Shown: positions 17,902-27,254 of the stretch, piece by piece
Position numbering within the stretch: the stretch's first letter is position 1
Layout: the number at the start of each line of letters is the position of its first letter
Virus record (IMG/VR): IMGVR_UViG_3300021256_000006
Location: 32,001-96,000 of that record
DNA length: 64,000 nt
Origin: a virus
Strand: one strand, 5' to 3'
Made by a program: the position numbers and the translations under genes
The notes under the pieces: generated by a model
Database searches by the model: none
Told to the model about the DNA's origin: nothing
The model's input: only the letters and a program-made list of their open reading frames with translations

Positions 17902-18042
17902 TAAGATACTAATTTGTGAGCAATTCACATACCGCTTTTGCGGTTATCTACAATAGTAGAAATTCAATGCTGCAAAGGTACTGAGTATGCACGGTGTGAA
18001 CAAACAAAAAAAGATGTTTAACGACATAAAACCACTACAATT

Positions 18043-18204
18043 ATGACTGCAAAACAACTCGACCGCCTCATTGACGAGCTTCTTAATCTAACAGAAGAAG
18101 AACGTAAGCAATTCCTAAGCCGGATGCGACAAGTGATAAAGTCCACAGCTTGCAACTGTGAAGACCTTGCCAAAGCCTTTTCTAATTTCACGCAAGAAGA
18201 ATGA
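18043..18204 (+). CDS. Small hypothetical protein (53 aa) translationally coupled to the XRE gene
   Basis: Not in the ORF track; ACAATTATGAC start; stop overlaps ATG 18201 (ATGA). Confidence 0.3.
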   Translation: MTAKQLDRLIDELLNLTEEERKQFLSRMRQVIKSTACNCEDLAKAFSNFTQEE

Positions 18205-18422
18205 ATACAAGAACTAATATCGGCAAGCGCATTGCCGAACTCCGAGAACAACAAAATCTGTCGCAGAGAGAGCTGGCCCGTCGATGCAACATTGACCAGG
18301 CTCACATATCCAGAATAGAGCGAGGACTGTTATCGCCATCTCTCGACACGCTTGCAGAAATAGCGGAAACACTTGATGCCAAGGTGGAACTTGTCCCCTG
18401 CGCTCAACGGTTTTCCCGTTGA
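18201..18422 (+). CDS. XRE-family helix-turn-helix transcriptional regulator
   Basis: IGKRIAELREQQNLSQRELARRCNIDQAHISRIERG is a canonical Cro/C1 HTH; the last 8 codons are a hairpin-family copy. Confidence 0.8.
   Translation: MNTRTNIGKRIAELREQQNLSQRELARRCNIDQAHISRIERGLLSPSLDTLAEIAETLDAKVELVPCAQRFSR
18405..18421 (+). repeat. GC hairpin family copy (forms the 3' end of the XRE gene)
   Basis: cctgcgct CAACGG-TTTTC-CCGTTG; compensated stem variant. Confidence 0.85.
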
Positions 18423-18458
18423 AAAATAAAAATACTAATCATCAAATCTCAAACAACT

Positions 18459-18908
18459 ATGTTAACAATTATCGCAATCATCATCACAGCAGTAGTGGCA
18501 GCATCACTTACTTTTACAGCCACACGCTCACTCTACATTCACCGCTTTGCGGAATGGTATCGCCAAGCCGTTGACAGCGAAGACATCAACGAAACAGCAA
18601 GAGCTGAAGGAGACGCCATGTATAATACGCTTTACAACAAGTGGCACATGATCCGGGAAGTGGACAATTCCATCATCCCAGAATATGTGTCCCAAAAATT
18701 TGACGTCGAAGGAGATGTGTTCACACAATGTGACCTGCGCTTCAATTGCCGTGTGGCCCGTTGGTTGGGTTATGACCTCACATTGACTAAGCGTGACGTT
18801 CCGCCACCACCACCATTCAAACCATCTTCCCCCAAAAACATACGCACCGAATTGGTGGAGTGCATAGATGCAACATTAAGCGCCGAAGATGAACAGGAAG
18901 AATCATGA
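18459..18908 (+). CDS. Membrane-anchored hypothetical protein (149 aa)
   Basis: N-terminal hydrophobic segment LTIIAIIITAVVAASLTFTA; CAACTATG start. Confidence 0.5.
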   Translation: MLTIIAIIITAVVAASLTFTATRSLYIHRFAEWYRQAVDSEDINETARAEGDAMYNTLYNKWHMIREVDNSIIPEYVSQKFDVEGDVFTQCDLRFNCRVARWLGYDLTLTKRDVPPPPPFKPSSPKNIRTELVECIDATLSAEDEQEES

Positions 18909-19088
18909 ATGTAACCGCAATTATGTTAAATACCGAGGGGAATGCCTAAAAAAGACGGCACCTTATAAGGGTGTCGCCACTTGTGCTTAGCAATCAAATG
19001 CAGAAACTCTTACCACTCCGTACACATAATTGCCATACAGCATAATATTGATTCCAGTTGCTTTATGTTTGGTGTTCTCGCAATCCCA

Positions 19089-19925
19089 TCACAGGGAGTC
19101 GCTAAAATCTTCTGCTACTTTCATGCTTTGCTCGTCCAGCTCACCAAGTGCAGCAGCAAGTTCACGGCTTTTCCTGCCAAGTGCTTGCCTGAGCCGTTCC
19201 ACCTCCTGCTTCAGTTCAGCAACGGTCGCCCGCTCCTTATCCAGCTCTCTCACAAGCCTTGCATTATAGGACATCACGTCAATATTGCGTGCCGAGAGCG
19301 CTTGTAGGCTCCCTTCTTTTCGCCCCATGTACCCGTCCAGCACAGGAACGTCAACAGAATTGCTGGTGAAGAAGTCTAAAGGATAAGTCTTTGTCTTGTT
19401 GCACATCCTTAACCATTTCTGTATCGTGATGTTAGGCCCTATCGTGTTGCAATTGCGGAAATTGCCGTAAAATGTGGTCGCGCTGATGCCCACAAGAGAA
19501 CAGAAGTCTAAGACCTGCCTTCCTTGGATGGTTGTCACCTCTTCCCCAAATTCTTTGTTCAAGAATCGGATGCGGGTAAAAGAATCGGAGCGTTCTATGT
19601 AGTGTCGTCTTCCCACATGCACCTTTGTGGACTCTTGGGTGCAGATGAAATGTCCGATTTGTATTTTCAACGTGTTGCACAAGTTCAAAAGATTAACGAT
19701 GGGCAGGTCGCCAGAGCGACGCCACCGTCTCAGGGTCGTGTCGGTTACTCCAATCGCTTGTGCTACCGAGTGCGCACTCATTTCCAGCAAGGTTGGCAAC
19801 GAACAGAAAAGACTCTCATTAAAATAATACATAATCACAACAAATTTACATAAAAACAATATACTGGGGACGTTATCCTGTCTAAAAATCCTCTGTTTAC
19901 GAACAAACTTAGGGCTAAAATCCAA
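19089..19925 (-). CDS. Putative HTH regulator with C-terminal coiled-coil (start uncertain: 19925, 19832 or 19781)
   Basis: MSAHSVAQAIGVTDTTLRRWRRSGDLP is HTH-like; the C-terminal LVRELDKERATVAELKQEVERLRQAL is a coiled coil; divergent from the + strand block. Confidence 0.5.
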   Translation of the reverse strand: MDFSPKFVRKQRIFRQDNVPSILFLCKFVVIMYYFNESLFCSLPTLLEMSAHSVAQAIGVTDTTLRRWRRSGDLPIVNLLNLCNTLKIQIGHFICTQESTKVHVGRRHYIERSDSFTRIRFLNKEFGEEVTTIQGRQVLDFCSLVGISATTFYGNFRNCNTIGPNITIQKWLRMCNKTKTYPLDFFTSNSVDVPVLDGYMGRKEGSLQALSARNIDVMSYNARLVRELDKERATVAELKQEVERLRQALGRKSRELAAALGELDEQSMKVAEDFSDSL

Positions 19926-19992
19926 TTCATGTGCGAATGAGTTAAGCCGTCATAATTAAATTACTTCATCCGGTTTCTCACTTTTTTGGCTA

Positions 19993-20035
19993 CAAATTTA
20001 TGCGCACATATTGTATATATATGTATGCAAAAGTA
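19993..20035 (-). promoter_or_regulatory. Two minus-strand -7 boxes (TAAATTTG, TACTTTTG)
   Basis: Reverse complements of caaattta (19993-20000) and caaaagta (20028-20035); upstream of the minus-strand gene ending at 19925. Confidence 0.35.
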
Positions 20036-20178
20036 TGTTTTGCAGCATGTTTTTCCTGTTGAGAACTTGGCTTCCTAAAGCAAAGTTCTCAAAATTTTTT
20101 CATCACCCCAACCACCAAAGGCCAAACTATGCCCTTTTGTCACTTACCCCCCCCTTTCTCCCTCCTCTCTCCTGCGTC

Positions 20179-20195
20179 CAGCGGTTTTCCCGCTG
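20179..20195 (+). repeat. GC hairpin family copy
   Basis: cctgcgtc CAGCGG-TTTTC-CCGCTG. Confidence 0.85.
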
Positions 20196-20215
20196 TCTCT
20201 CCCTCCCCCTCACCC

Positions 20216-20247
20216 AAAAAGCGCCCGACTTTCACAAGCCGGGCGCT
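20216..20247 (-). terminator. Rho-independent terminator of the tape-measure operon
   Basis: On the minus strand AGCGCCCG-loop-CGGGCGCT followed by TTTTT, 33 nt after stop 20280. Confidence 0.65.
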
Positions 20248-20279
20248 CCCCAAAACAATCAATTAAAAAAAGAAAACGA

Positions 20280-23200
20280 TTACAAATCTATACCTCGTCT
20301 TTGCGCAAACCTGTCGCCTTTCTTCCCCGTTGCTCTCATGCCATACTTTCCATAGTAGTCCACGATGGCGGGGATTCCAGTTTGCTTGATGTCTGCAAGC
20401 ACAGAAGACAGTTCAGAAAGAGTTTGTCTCATGCTCTCCATAGTGCCATCGGTTGAAGGCATAGATGCAGGACTGATAACCTCTCCGATATTTCCGTCTG
20501 CATACGCGCGTACACCTCCACGATTCATCACCACCTCATTGCCCATTCTTGCAGTCTTGGAGAAGTCAATGCTCCGCATTCCATACTGCTTCATGGCATA
20601 AATGCGTCGCAGAGTCTCGGGGTCATACCGTTTCAGTCCTTCGTAAGTCTGGTGGTCGATAATGACTTCTGCCCCTTTCTCGCCCACGATGCCTAAATGA
20701 GGCCCGTTCACCACGCCCGTCTTCAAGTTGGGCTGGTACTTGGCAGCATACGTCTGCCCGTCATTGCCCCTCACACTCACCAACTGGCCCTGCACACGTC
20801 CGTTTCCATCATCCGCATACGCTCCATTCGCATACACTGGATAACGGCCCTTGCCGTAGGTCAGCATACCTGTAGCAAGTTTGCCAGCACTGCCACTGCT
20901 CACGCCAGTTGCAGCAGAAATAGCGCTTCTCGCTTTGGCTGACAATGCGCTGAACACCATGGTCATTAAGAGAGAAAGCCCGGCACCAATAGCCCAGCCA
21001 ATCCAACCAGCTCTTGATGCTTCTTTGGCTTGTGCGCTGGCTGCATCTGTGGCATTCTGTGCCAATTTCACGGTCTCTTCGGCTTGTGCAGTCTGTCCCC
21101 ATACTTTCATTTTTGCCGCTTGTGCTTCAAGTTCGATAGCAAGGAGTTGCTGCTGCTTGACTTGCTCGTTCAATACTTCCATTTTGTCGAACATCTGCTT
21201 GGTGGAGACATAAACAAGCCATTGTGTCAGCATCTTTCCTGTTGTTTGAATCAAATTGGCGAGTGCTTCTCTTGCGGCTTGTTGTCTGTCCTCTTTTTTG
21301 CCAAACATATTGGCACCAAAATCTTCAGCGAATGAATGAAGATTGTCATAATAGGGCTTAATCTGTTCAACGCTATTGGTCATCAGCTCAAACTGCGCTT
21401 GAGTTGCATTTCGCTGGGCTTCTTCCACATCATGCCATGCTTCTGCCTCTGCTTTCATAGAGGCGGTCTTCAGCGCCTCTGCCTCTTGCATCAGTAAAGC
21501 CTTCTCTTTCGGGTCGCCTTCCAGTTCAATTCTTTTCTGAATAGCGGCTATCTCCTTAGCATATCGCTCCTTGTCGAGCAGGTATTGCTCTTTCTTGATG
21601 GCAAGTTCTTCTTTAAGGATGTCGATGTTTGAATACTCTGAAGTGGTCACTCCTGCAACGTCATTTCCAGCCATTCCCCACGATTCTGCCACGCCTTCCG
21701 TCTGCTGGCGCCTTGATAGGCGGTTCGTTCTTTCTTCCCATCGCTGATTTTGCGATAGACCATCTTCTCCAACCATGCTCCGCTCCAGTTCAATTCTTCG
21801 CTCAATCTTCTTAATCATCTTTCGAGTGGCATCTTCATAATCATCGTAGAAACTTTGTGTTTTGAGCACAAGGGCCGACAGCGCATCGGGTGAAAGGCTT
21901 TCAATCCATGCGTTAATGGCTGGGTTGCCGTTCTTTTTGGCGTCTTCTTTCAGTTCTTCGGCAGTCAACGCATATCCTTTTTTGGCTTCCTCCATTAAGA
22001 ACGACATGCGCTCAATCATCATCTTCCGTGTTTCTTCTTCCGTGTGCAGCATGGCTTCATCGGCATCGTTCCAAAGCACACCGAGGTCTGCAAGGTCTTT
22101 GGTGAACGATTCCGCAACTTTGGCAATTGGGCGCTCGTCCAGCAGCACCTTCAGGATTTTTTCTCTATTAGCACGGATATTTTTCTCCAACTCATTCTCG
22201 TCTTTGGCAATGTTCAGCTTGATGCCATCCACCATATTCTGCCCCATACCTTTCAAGAATTCACTCAATGCAGGGAAATCAACCCCCTTCATCAGGTCTT
22301 TCACACCCTCTGTTGCAAACTCATGACTGCTGTCAAGCCATTTCTTGCGAAGGTTCTCACGTTCTAACAGGTGCTCTTGCTCGTTGGCATACATATAGCG
22401 GTTGTATTCATCCTCGCCAATCATCCCCTCATTCAGATACTTCTCTGCCATCATCTTTCTCCGTTCGTAATATTCTTCTAACTTCTTCAAGGTGGCATCC
22501 ATCAGTTCCTTCATTTCGGTTTCTTTCTTCCCTCCCTTCTTGTCTGTAAAGTCTTTGAAGTCACCTTTAGGGTTGGCAAAGTTATCTGTTTCTTGCATTT
22601 TCTTTGCTTCTTGCCAGTTGGTATATGCCCAATTTCTGATCTGCTCCTTGGTCCAGAAGTTGATGTCGGACGGAATGGTTACGCCTGCAGGTGTCTTGTG
22701 GGCGCTGGTCCGCTGAATGTCTTGCCCTGACCTCCAGTTTTTATAGATGTCATTGAAGAAGTCAACAACGTCGGCCAGGTCTGCTCCGGCCTGCTCGGAA
22801 AGGTCAAAGGAAGTCTTTCCCCACGGCTTGATGTATTCAAGCAACTGGGGGATTGCTTTCGCGAACTCTTTGGAATACTTGTCTCCGTATTTATTGCGTG
22901 GGTCTTTATCGTATTTCTCGTTTAATTCTCTGTACTTTGTGATATTGGCATACAGCTCTCTGTATTCCATGCCAGTCTTTTGGGGATTTTGCTGGGCTGC
23001 TACAATCTGCTTCCTCAGTTCTGTCATAAGACGGATTTCCTCGTCTTGTGCCATTTGTTTCTGACCTTTGGCTTGCTCCACAAACGGTGCCCTCACCATT
23101 TCTCCTTCAAACACAGCGTTGATATAATCATTCACGGCTTTTTGAAGGCGTGTGGTCCGTGATTGGGATTTGGCAGCGACGCGCTTTCCCCCGCGCACCA

Positions 23201-26200
23201 TCATGATTTGACCAGTCAATTGATTGGTTTCGTACTTGGTGTTGCTGTCTCCTCCTGTTCCCCAGGTGGTTGCCACCAGTCTTTGGTCATTGCCAAGTCG
23301 TCTGCCAAGTTCGGCTTGTATGCGCTGTTTCAGCTTTTCTTGTTCCGACTTGCTTTGCGGAATACCTTCTTCTGTCATTTGCAGCACCACGCTCTGTATG
23401 CTCGATGCGATATTGCTGCGGTCGTAGGAGGAAATACCTTTCCGTTTGGCCCAGTTCTCGCCCAGATTACCTTGCATGAGCGCTTCTATCATGGCGCCGA
23501 TGGCTTCTCTTTGGTCGTCCCCACTGGCTTCTTCTGCTGCTTGTTTGCCTTTTTCTTCCATGGCTGCTGCGTTCTTTTCGCGGATGGCTGCGGCAGCTTC
23601 ATGATAGGCTATTTTCAACCGTTTGGCAACGTCTTCTTCACGGAGAAGTTTCGAGAGGTAGCCTCCGAACATACGGTTAAAGGCGTTGATTTTGTTGGTT
23701 CTGTCTTGCTGGGCAAGGTTCACATTCTTCAAACTGCGGTACAGGGAATTAAGGCTTGCGATTTCATCCTCGACCTTGTTTTGAAGTTCACCAAGACTCT
23801 TCCTTGCGTCTGCTGTGGCTTTGGCTGTGCGCATGAGATACCCTATCAGCATGCCTAACGCAGTCAGTACAAGTCCAATCCAGTTACTGCTCCACGCAAT
23901 CTTAAAGCGCTCTGTTGCCTGTCGCGCTTTTTCTGCAGCGACGGCGCTTCCCAGCAATGCGGCGGTCTTTAAGGCAAGGACCTTGACGCCTTGATACATG
24001 ATTTGTATAAGCCCGAACAATGTTCCCTTGAATCCTTTATAGGTGGATTCGTTCAATGCGGCAGCGACTGAATCCTGCCACCACGCTTTGGCGTTGACAA
24101 TAAGTTGTTTGGTCAGTACGAGCAATGTGGCAATGACAACTCCGCCAAGGATATTCCACTCTCTCAGCCATTTTACAAAGCCGAGCAGCGTATTGGCCGC
24201 AGTCAGCATTGAGCTATTGGTTCCTTCTACACTGGTGGTCATCTCGTAGAACTCATTGCCTACCTGTGCCATCACACCGGCCAGGTTGTTGTTGGCTCGC
24301 TCAAATTCTTGCGTGACAAGGGTGCCTTCCGCAAATCCTTCCTCTGCAAGGGCAACTTGATAGTTAAGTTCGCCTATGTGTTGGCTTAACAATGCCATGG
24401 CGTTTCTTGCCTGAACATTGTTTCTGCCTCCTATGGCTTTGAAGAAATTGTCATATACGGCAGGACCTTGCTCGCCCAGTTCTGTCAACACAAGCTCTAA
24501 CGCCTCAAAGGTTTTGCCAGCTTGTATCATCTGGTCAAGTTCGTCATAACCGATATTCAGGGCTTGTGCCACGTCTTTGGTATGAGACACAATGCCGAGA
24601 ACCACACGCTGTGTGGCGGTTGAGGAGCGTTCCATGGTCTCGCCTAACGAGCTGAAGGCTCCGCCTAAACCGAAGATTTGCTGCATGGTCAGTCCGGTCA
24701 CACTTCCTGTTGCGCCTAATCGCTTGGTGAACTCTACAACGTCTGCGTAGGTGGCTTTGGAGTTGTTACCGACATTCAAAATAGCAGAGCCAATCTTGTT
24801 CAGGTCTTTTTCCAAACCCTCGCTCTGCTTGTTGACAACATCATTCACCTTCAGCAGGTCGTTGATGGCCTCTGCGCCGCCAATATCACCAAGGGTGTTA
24901 AGAATCTTCTGTCCTTCTTTCACGAAAGAGACAAGACCGTCTGCACCTTCTCGGGTCGCAATACCCAGTTTACCTGCCTGTTCTGCCATCTCCATCAACT
25001 GCTGATTGCTCATTCGGGTGTCAATGGACTGAATGGCATTGGTCATGTGCTCGATTTCTTCTGTTGTCAACTGCGTGACTTTTTGTACATTGGTCATTTG
25101 GTCACTCAGCTCAATCGTGTTATGGATGATTTCTCGTGTCTTGTTCATCAAGGCATTAAAGCCAATATAAATCATCACATAGTTTTTGAGTCGGCTGAAA
25201 GCATTTTCAAGCGTAGAGACATGATGTGCCATGTGGCCGTTCAACCGCTTCACTTGCTCGTTGATGGCTTTGAGTTGCATCGCCTTCTCGTTGTACTCTT
25301 TCTGTGCAGGACTCAGGCTTTCTATCTCTTTTTTCAGCGTCTCGTAGGCGTTCTTCAACTCTGTCAAACTGCGCTTCTTTAACTCGCTTCCTCTGTATTT
25401 CTCCCACTTGATTTCGCTGGATGCCACCTGCTTTGTCTTCCGGTCAATGGCAGTCAGCATGGTCTCTATTTGCTTCAATTGCTCCGGATCTGCGTTTTTA
25501 AGACTCTTCTTGAAGGCTTCAAGGTTGGTCCGAATGGCTTGCAGTTCCTTGGTAGAGGAAGGCAATATTTTGACAACGCGACCAACTCCTTCTATTGCTG
25601 CGTCGTGAAGATTATTGAAGGCTTGTTCTCCGTCAATTACATCTTGCTTGGTTTGTGCAAGGGCCTCGTTGAGTTTGTTGATGGCGTTAGTCGTCGCTTC
25701 CAGTCCAGAACGGTCGTCTGTGCGCAGTTCACTCTTGTATGCCTGTATCTTTTTGATGGCTTCTTCGGTCTCCTTGATGGTGCCTTGGAACTGCCCATTG
25801 TTGACCTGCGTAACTAATGCTTGACCTTCACTAATAGTCGATAATTGTTTGCGATATTCAAGTTCTGCATTAAGTGCTTTTAGGTGGACTGTAGCCGTTT
25901 CTATCTCCTGACTTCCCTGCTTTGCCTTTTCCTGTACCGTCGTCCAATATTTCTGCAGGTTGGCTATTTCTGATTTGCTAAGTTCTGAAACGTGATCCAT
26001 CTCTACAGACATTTGTGTAAACATGCTTGTTCCAGCCTTGTATTTCGATGCGTCTTGGTAGGTCTGTAGATATTGTGTGCCACGAGCAATGGCGCTGTTC
26101 AATTTGTTGGCATATTCTTCTGTAAGGTTTGTCTGCTGCGCAAATTTTTGGAGATACTCCACAGATTTCTGTACTTCTTCAGGCGTTCGGAGGTCCATAA

Positions 26201-27020
26201 TGCCTTTTTGGAGACTTTTTAGGCTTTTTTCAAGAAGAAGACCTCTGGCCTCTTTGTATTTGTCATTGAATAGTTCAATTTGCTTTGCGCTTGCACCACT
26301 ATACTCACCCATCTCTTTCCAAAACATGGCAGACCGTTCTAAATCTTCCCGACTCATGCTTTCTGTCAGTTTCTTCAACGAGCCATTGAGATACCCAATG
26401 CGTAATTTTGCATTGGTAGCGTTCTCGCCCATCTGCGCAAATGCCTTGTTGCTGTTTTCGTAATTGTCAGCAAGTGCTTTTCCGCTTTGTTCGTAGGTCT
26501 TAATATATCGTGTCAATTCCTCTACTCCCAACGAACTCGTCTTCAGTTTTGCCGTCATGTCCTGGAACCCTTGCCCAATAGCATTGGCTTGTGCTTGCAG
26601 TCCTGTCATTTCCTTAACAAGTCCTGCGATATGGCCTCTCAACTTTTCTGCTTCGGCTGCATCAAGGTCTTTGAGGCTGATGCTCTTGACACCCTTAATG
26701 ATAGACTTAGTGGCTGTCTCCAGTTTCTTGCCCGACTCCACCGTCTTGTTGTTGATGATGTCAAGAACGGTGCTTGCTTGTTTCCCAAGGTCCTGAAGAA
26801 GTTTCTTCTGTCGCTCATAATAGGCGTTTGCTTTATCCACGTTCTTTGCCTGAGCCTTGTAAGCCTCAGTACCTGCAGAAAGTGTTTTCAGCAATTCCTT
26901 TTGGTCTTTCAAAGAATCCTTTGCGTTCTTTGCAATCTTCTTCTGAGCTTCATACACGGCATCCATTCCGCTGATGCCGAACTTGACCACCCTCTCCTGT
27001 AAAATTCGTTTGTCTGCCAT
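20280..27020 (-). CDS. Tail tape measure protein (2246 aa)
   Basis: Largest structural ORF; extensive coiled-coil; TP901-type TMP core (LMEMAEQAGKLGIATREGADGL...GLGGAFSSLGE); three hydrophobic segments. Confidence 0.8.
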   Translation of the reverse strand: MADKRILQERVVKFGISGMDAVYEAQKKIAKNAKDSLKDQKELLKTLSAGTEAYKAQAKNVDKANAYYERQKKLLQDLGKQASTVLDIINNKTVESGKKLETATKSIIKGVKSISLKDLDAAEAEKLRGHIAGLVKEMTGLQAQANAIGQGFQDMTAKLKTSSLGVEELTRYIKTYEQSGKALADNYENSNKAFAQMGENATNAKLRIGYLNGSLKKLTESMSREDLERSAMFWKEMGEYSGASAKQIELFNDKYKEARGLLLEKSLKSLQKGIMDLRTPEEVQKSVEYLQKFAQQTNLTEEYANKLNSAIARGTQYLQTYQDASKYKAGTSMFTQMSVEMDHVSELSKSEIANLQKYWTTVQEKAKQGSQEIETATVHLKALNAELEYRKQLSTISEGQALVTQVNNGQFQGTIKETEEAIKKIQAYKSELRTDDRSGLEATTNAINKLNEALAQTKQDVIDGEQAFNNLHDAAIEGVGRVVKILPSSTKELQAIRTNLEAFKKSLKNADPEQLKQIETMLTAIDRKTKQVASSEIKWEKYRGSELKKRSLTELKNAYETLKKEIESLSPAQKEYNEKAMQLKAINEQVKRLNGHMAHHVSTLENAFSRLKNYVMIYIGFNALMNKTREIIHNTIELSDQMTNVQKVTQLTTEEIEHMTNAIQSIDTRMSNQQLMEMAEQAGKLGIATREGADGLVSFVKEGQKILNTLGDIGGAEAINDLLKVNDVVNKQSEGLEKDLNKIGSAILNVGNNSKATYADVVEFTKRLGATGSVTGLTMQQIFGLGGAFSSLGETMERSSTATQRVVLGIVSHTKDVAQALNIGYDELDQMIQAGKTFEALELVLTELGEQGPAVYDNFFKAIGGRNNVQARNAMALLSQHIGELNYQVALAEEGFAEGTLVTQEFERANNNLAGVMAQVGNEFYEMTTSVEGTNSSMLTAANTLLGFVKWLREWNILGGVVIATLLVLTKQLIVNAKAWWQDSVAAALNESTYKGFKGTLFGLIQIMYQGVKVLALKTAALLGSAVAAEKARQATERFKIAWSSNWIGLVLTALGMLIGYLMRTAKATADARKSLGELQNKVEDEIASLNSLYRSLKNVNLAQQDRTNKINAFNRMFGGYLSKLLREEDVAKRLKIAYHEAAAAIREKNAAAMEEKGKQAAEEASGDDQREAIGAMIEALMQGNLGENWAKRKGISSYDRSNIASSIQSVVLQMTEEGIPQSKSEQEKLKQRIQAELGRRLGNDQRLVATTWGTGGDSNTKYETNQLTGQIMMVRGGKRVAAKSQSRTTRLQKAVNDYINAVFEGEMVRAPFVEQAKGQKQMAQDEEIRLMTELRKQIVAAQQNPQKTGMEYRELYANITKYRELNEKYDKDPRNKYGDKYSKEFAKAIPQLLEYIKPWGKTSFDLSEQAGADLADVVDFFNDIYKNWRSGQDIQRTSAHKTPAGVTIPSDINFWTKEQIRNWAYTNWQEAKKMQETDNFANPKGDFKDFTDKKGGKKETEMKELMDATLKKLEEYYERRKMMAEKYLNEGMIGEDEYNRYMYANEQEHLLERENLRKKWLDSSHEFATEGVKDLMKGVDFPALSEFLKGMGQNMVDGIKLNIAKDENELEKNIRANREKILKVLLDERPIAKVAESFTKDLADLGVLWNDADEAMLHTEEETRKMMIERMSFLMEEAKKGYALTAEELKEDAKKNGNPAINAWIESLSPDALSALVLKTQSFYDDYEDATRKMIKKIERRIELERSMVGEDGLSQNQRWEERTNRLSRRQQTEGVAESWGMAGNDVAGVTTSEYSNIDILKEELAIKKEQYLLDKERYAKEIAAIQKRIELEGDPKEKALLMQEAEALKTASMKAEAEAWHDVEEAQRNATQAQFELMTNSVEQIKPYYDNLHSFAEDFGANMFGKKEDRQQAAREALANLIQTTGKMLTQWLVYVSTKQMFDKMEVLNEQVKQQQLLAIELEAQAAKMKVWGQTAQAEETVKLAQNATDAASAQAKEASRAGWIGWAIGAGLSLLMTMVFSALSAKARSAISAATGVSSGSAGKLATGMLTYGKGRYPVYANGAYADDGNGRVQGQLVSVRGNDGQTYAAKYQPNLKTGVVNGPHLGIVGEKGAEVIIDHQTYEGLKRYDPETLRRIYAMKQYGMRSIDFSKTARMGNEVVMNRGGVRAYADGNIGEVISPASMPSTDGTMESMRQTLSELSSVLADIKQTGIPAIVDYYGKYGMRATGKKGDRFAQRRGIDL

Positions 27021-27254
27021 AGCTGTGCTTGTTATTTGTGCTTGTGTTATTTGTGTCTGTTTTTGTATGGTTATACAATTTTAATTGCTTCTCCCTGCGT
27101 CCAGCGGTTTTCCAGCTGTCTCTCTCCTTTCCCCTCTCTTCGTCTTCGTTTTCGTCCTCCTCCCTCCTGCGCCCGCCGGTCCTCTCTCCCCTCTCCTCTC
27201 TTCCCTCATCCCTCATCCCTCATACATCTTCCCTCATCCCTCTTCCCTCTTCCC
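27021..27254 (+). repeat. Composite intergenic module (hairpin, CGTYTT hexamers, CCCTCAT heptamers; polypyrimidine on + strand)
   Basis: Hairpin 27102-27118, hexamers 27141-27158, degenerate hairpin remnant ~27164-27185, CCCTCAT units 27203-27250. Confidence 0.75.
27102..27118 (+). repeat. GC hairpin family copy (degenerate 3' arm)
   Basis: cctgcgtc CAGCGG-TTTTC-CAGCTG. Confidence 0.7.

Noticed and set aside
18981-19307. 108-aa + strand ORF
   Set aside because: It is antisense to the C-terminal coiled-coil of the minus-strand HTH gene, and there is no start context.
21862-25382. Multiple + strand ORFs (e.g. 21862-22326, 23163-23858, 25047-25382)
   Set aside because: All are antisense shadows inside the tape measure gene, with low-complexity Ser/Phe/Leu-rich translations.
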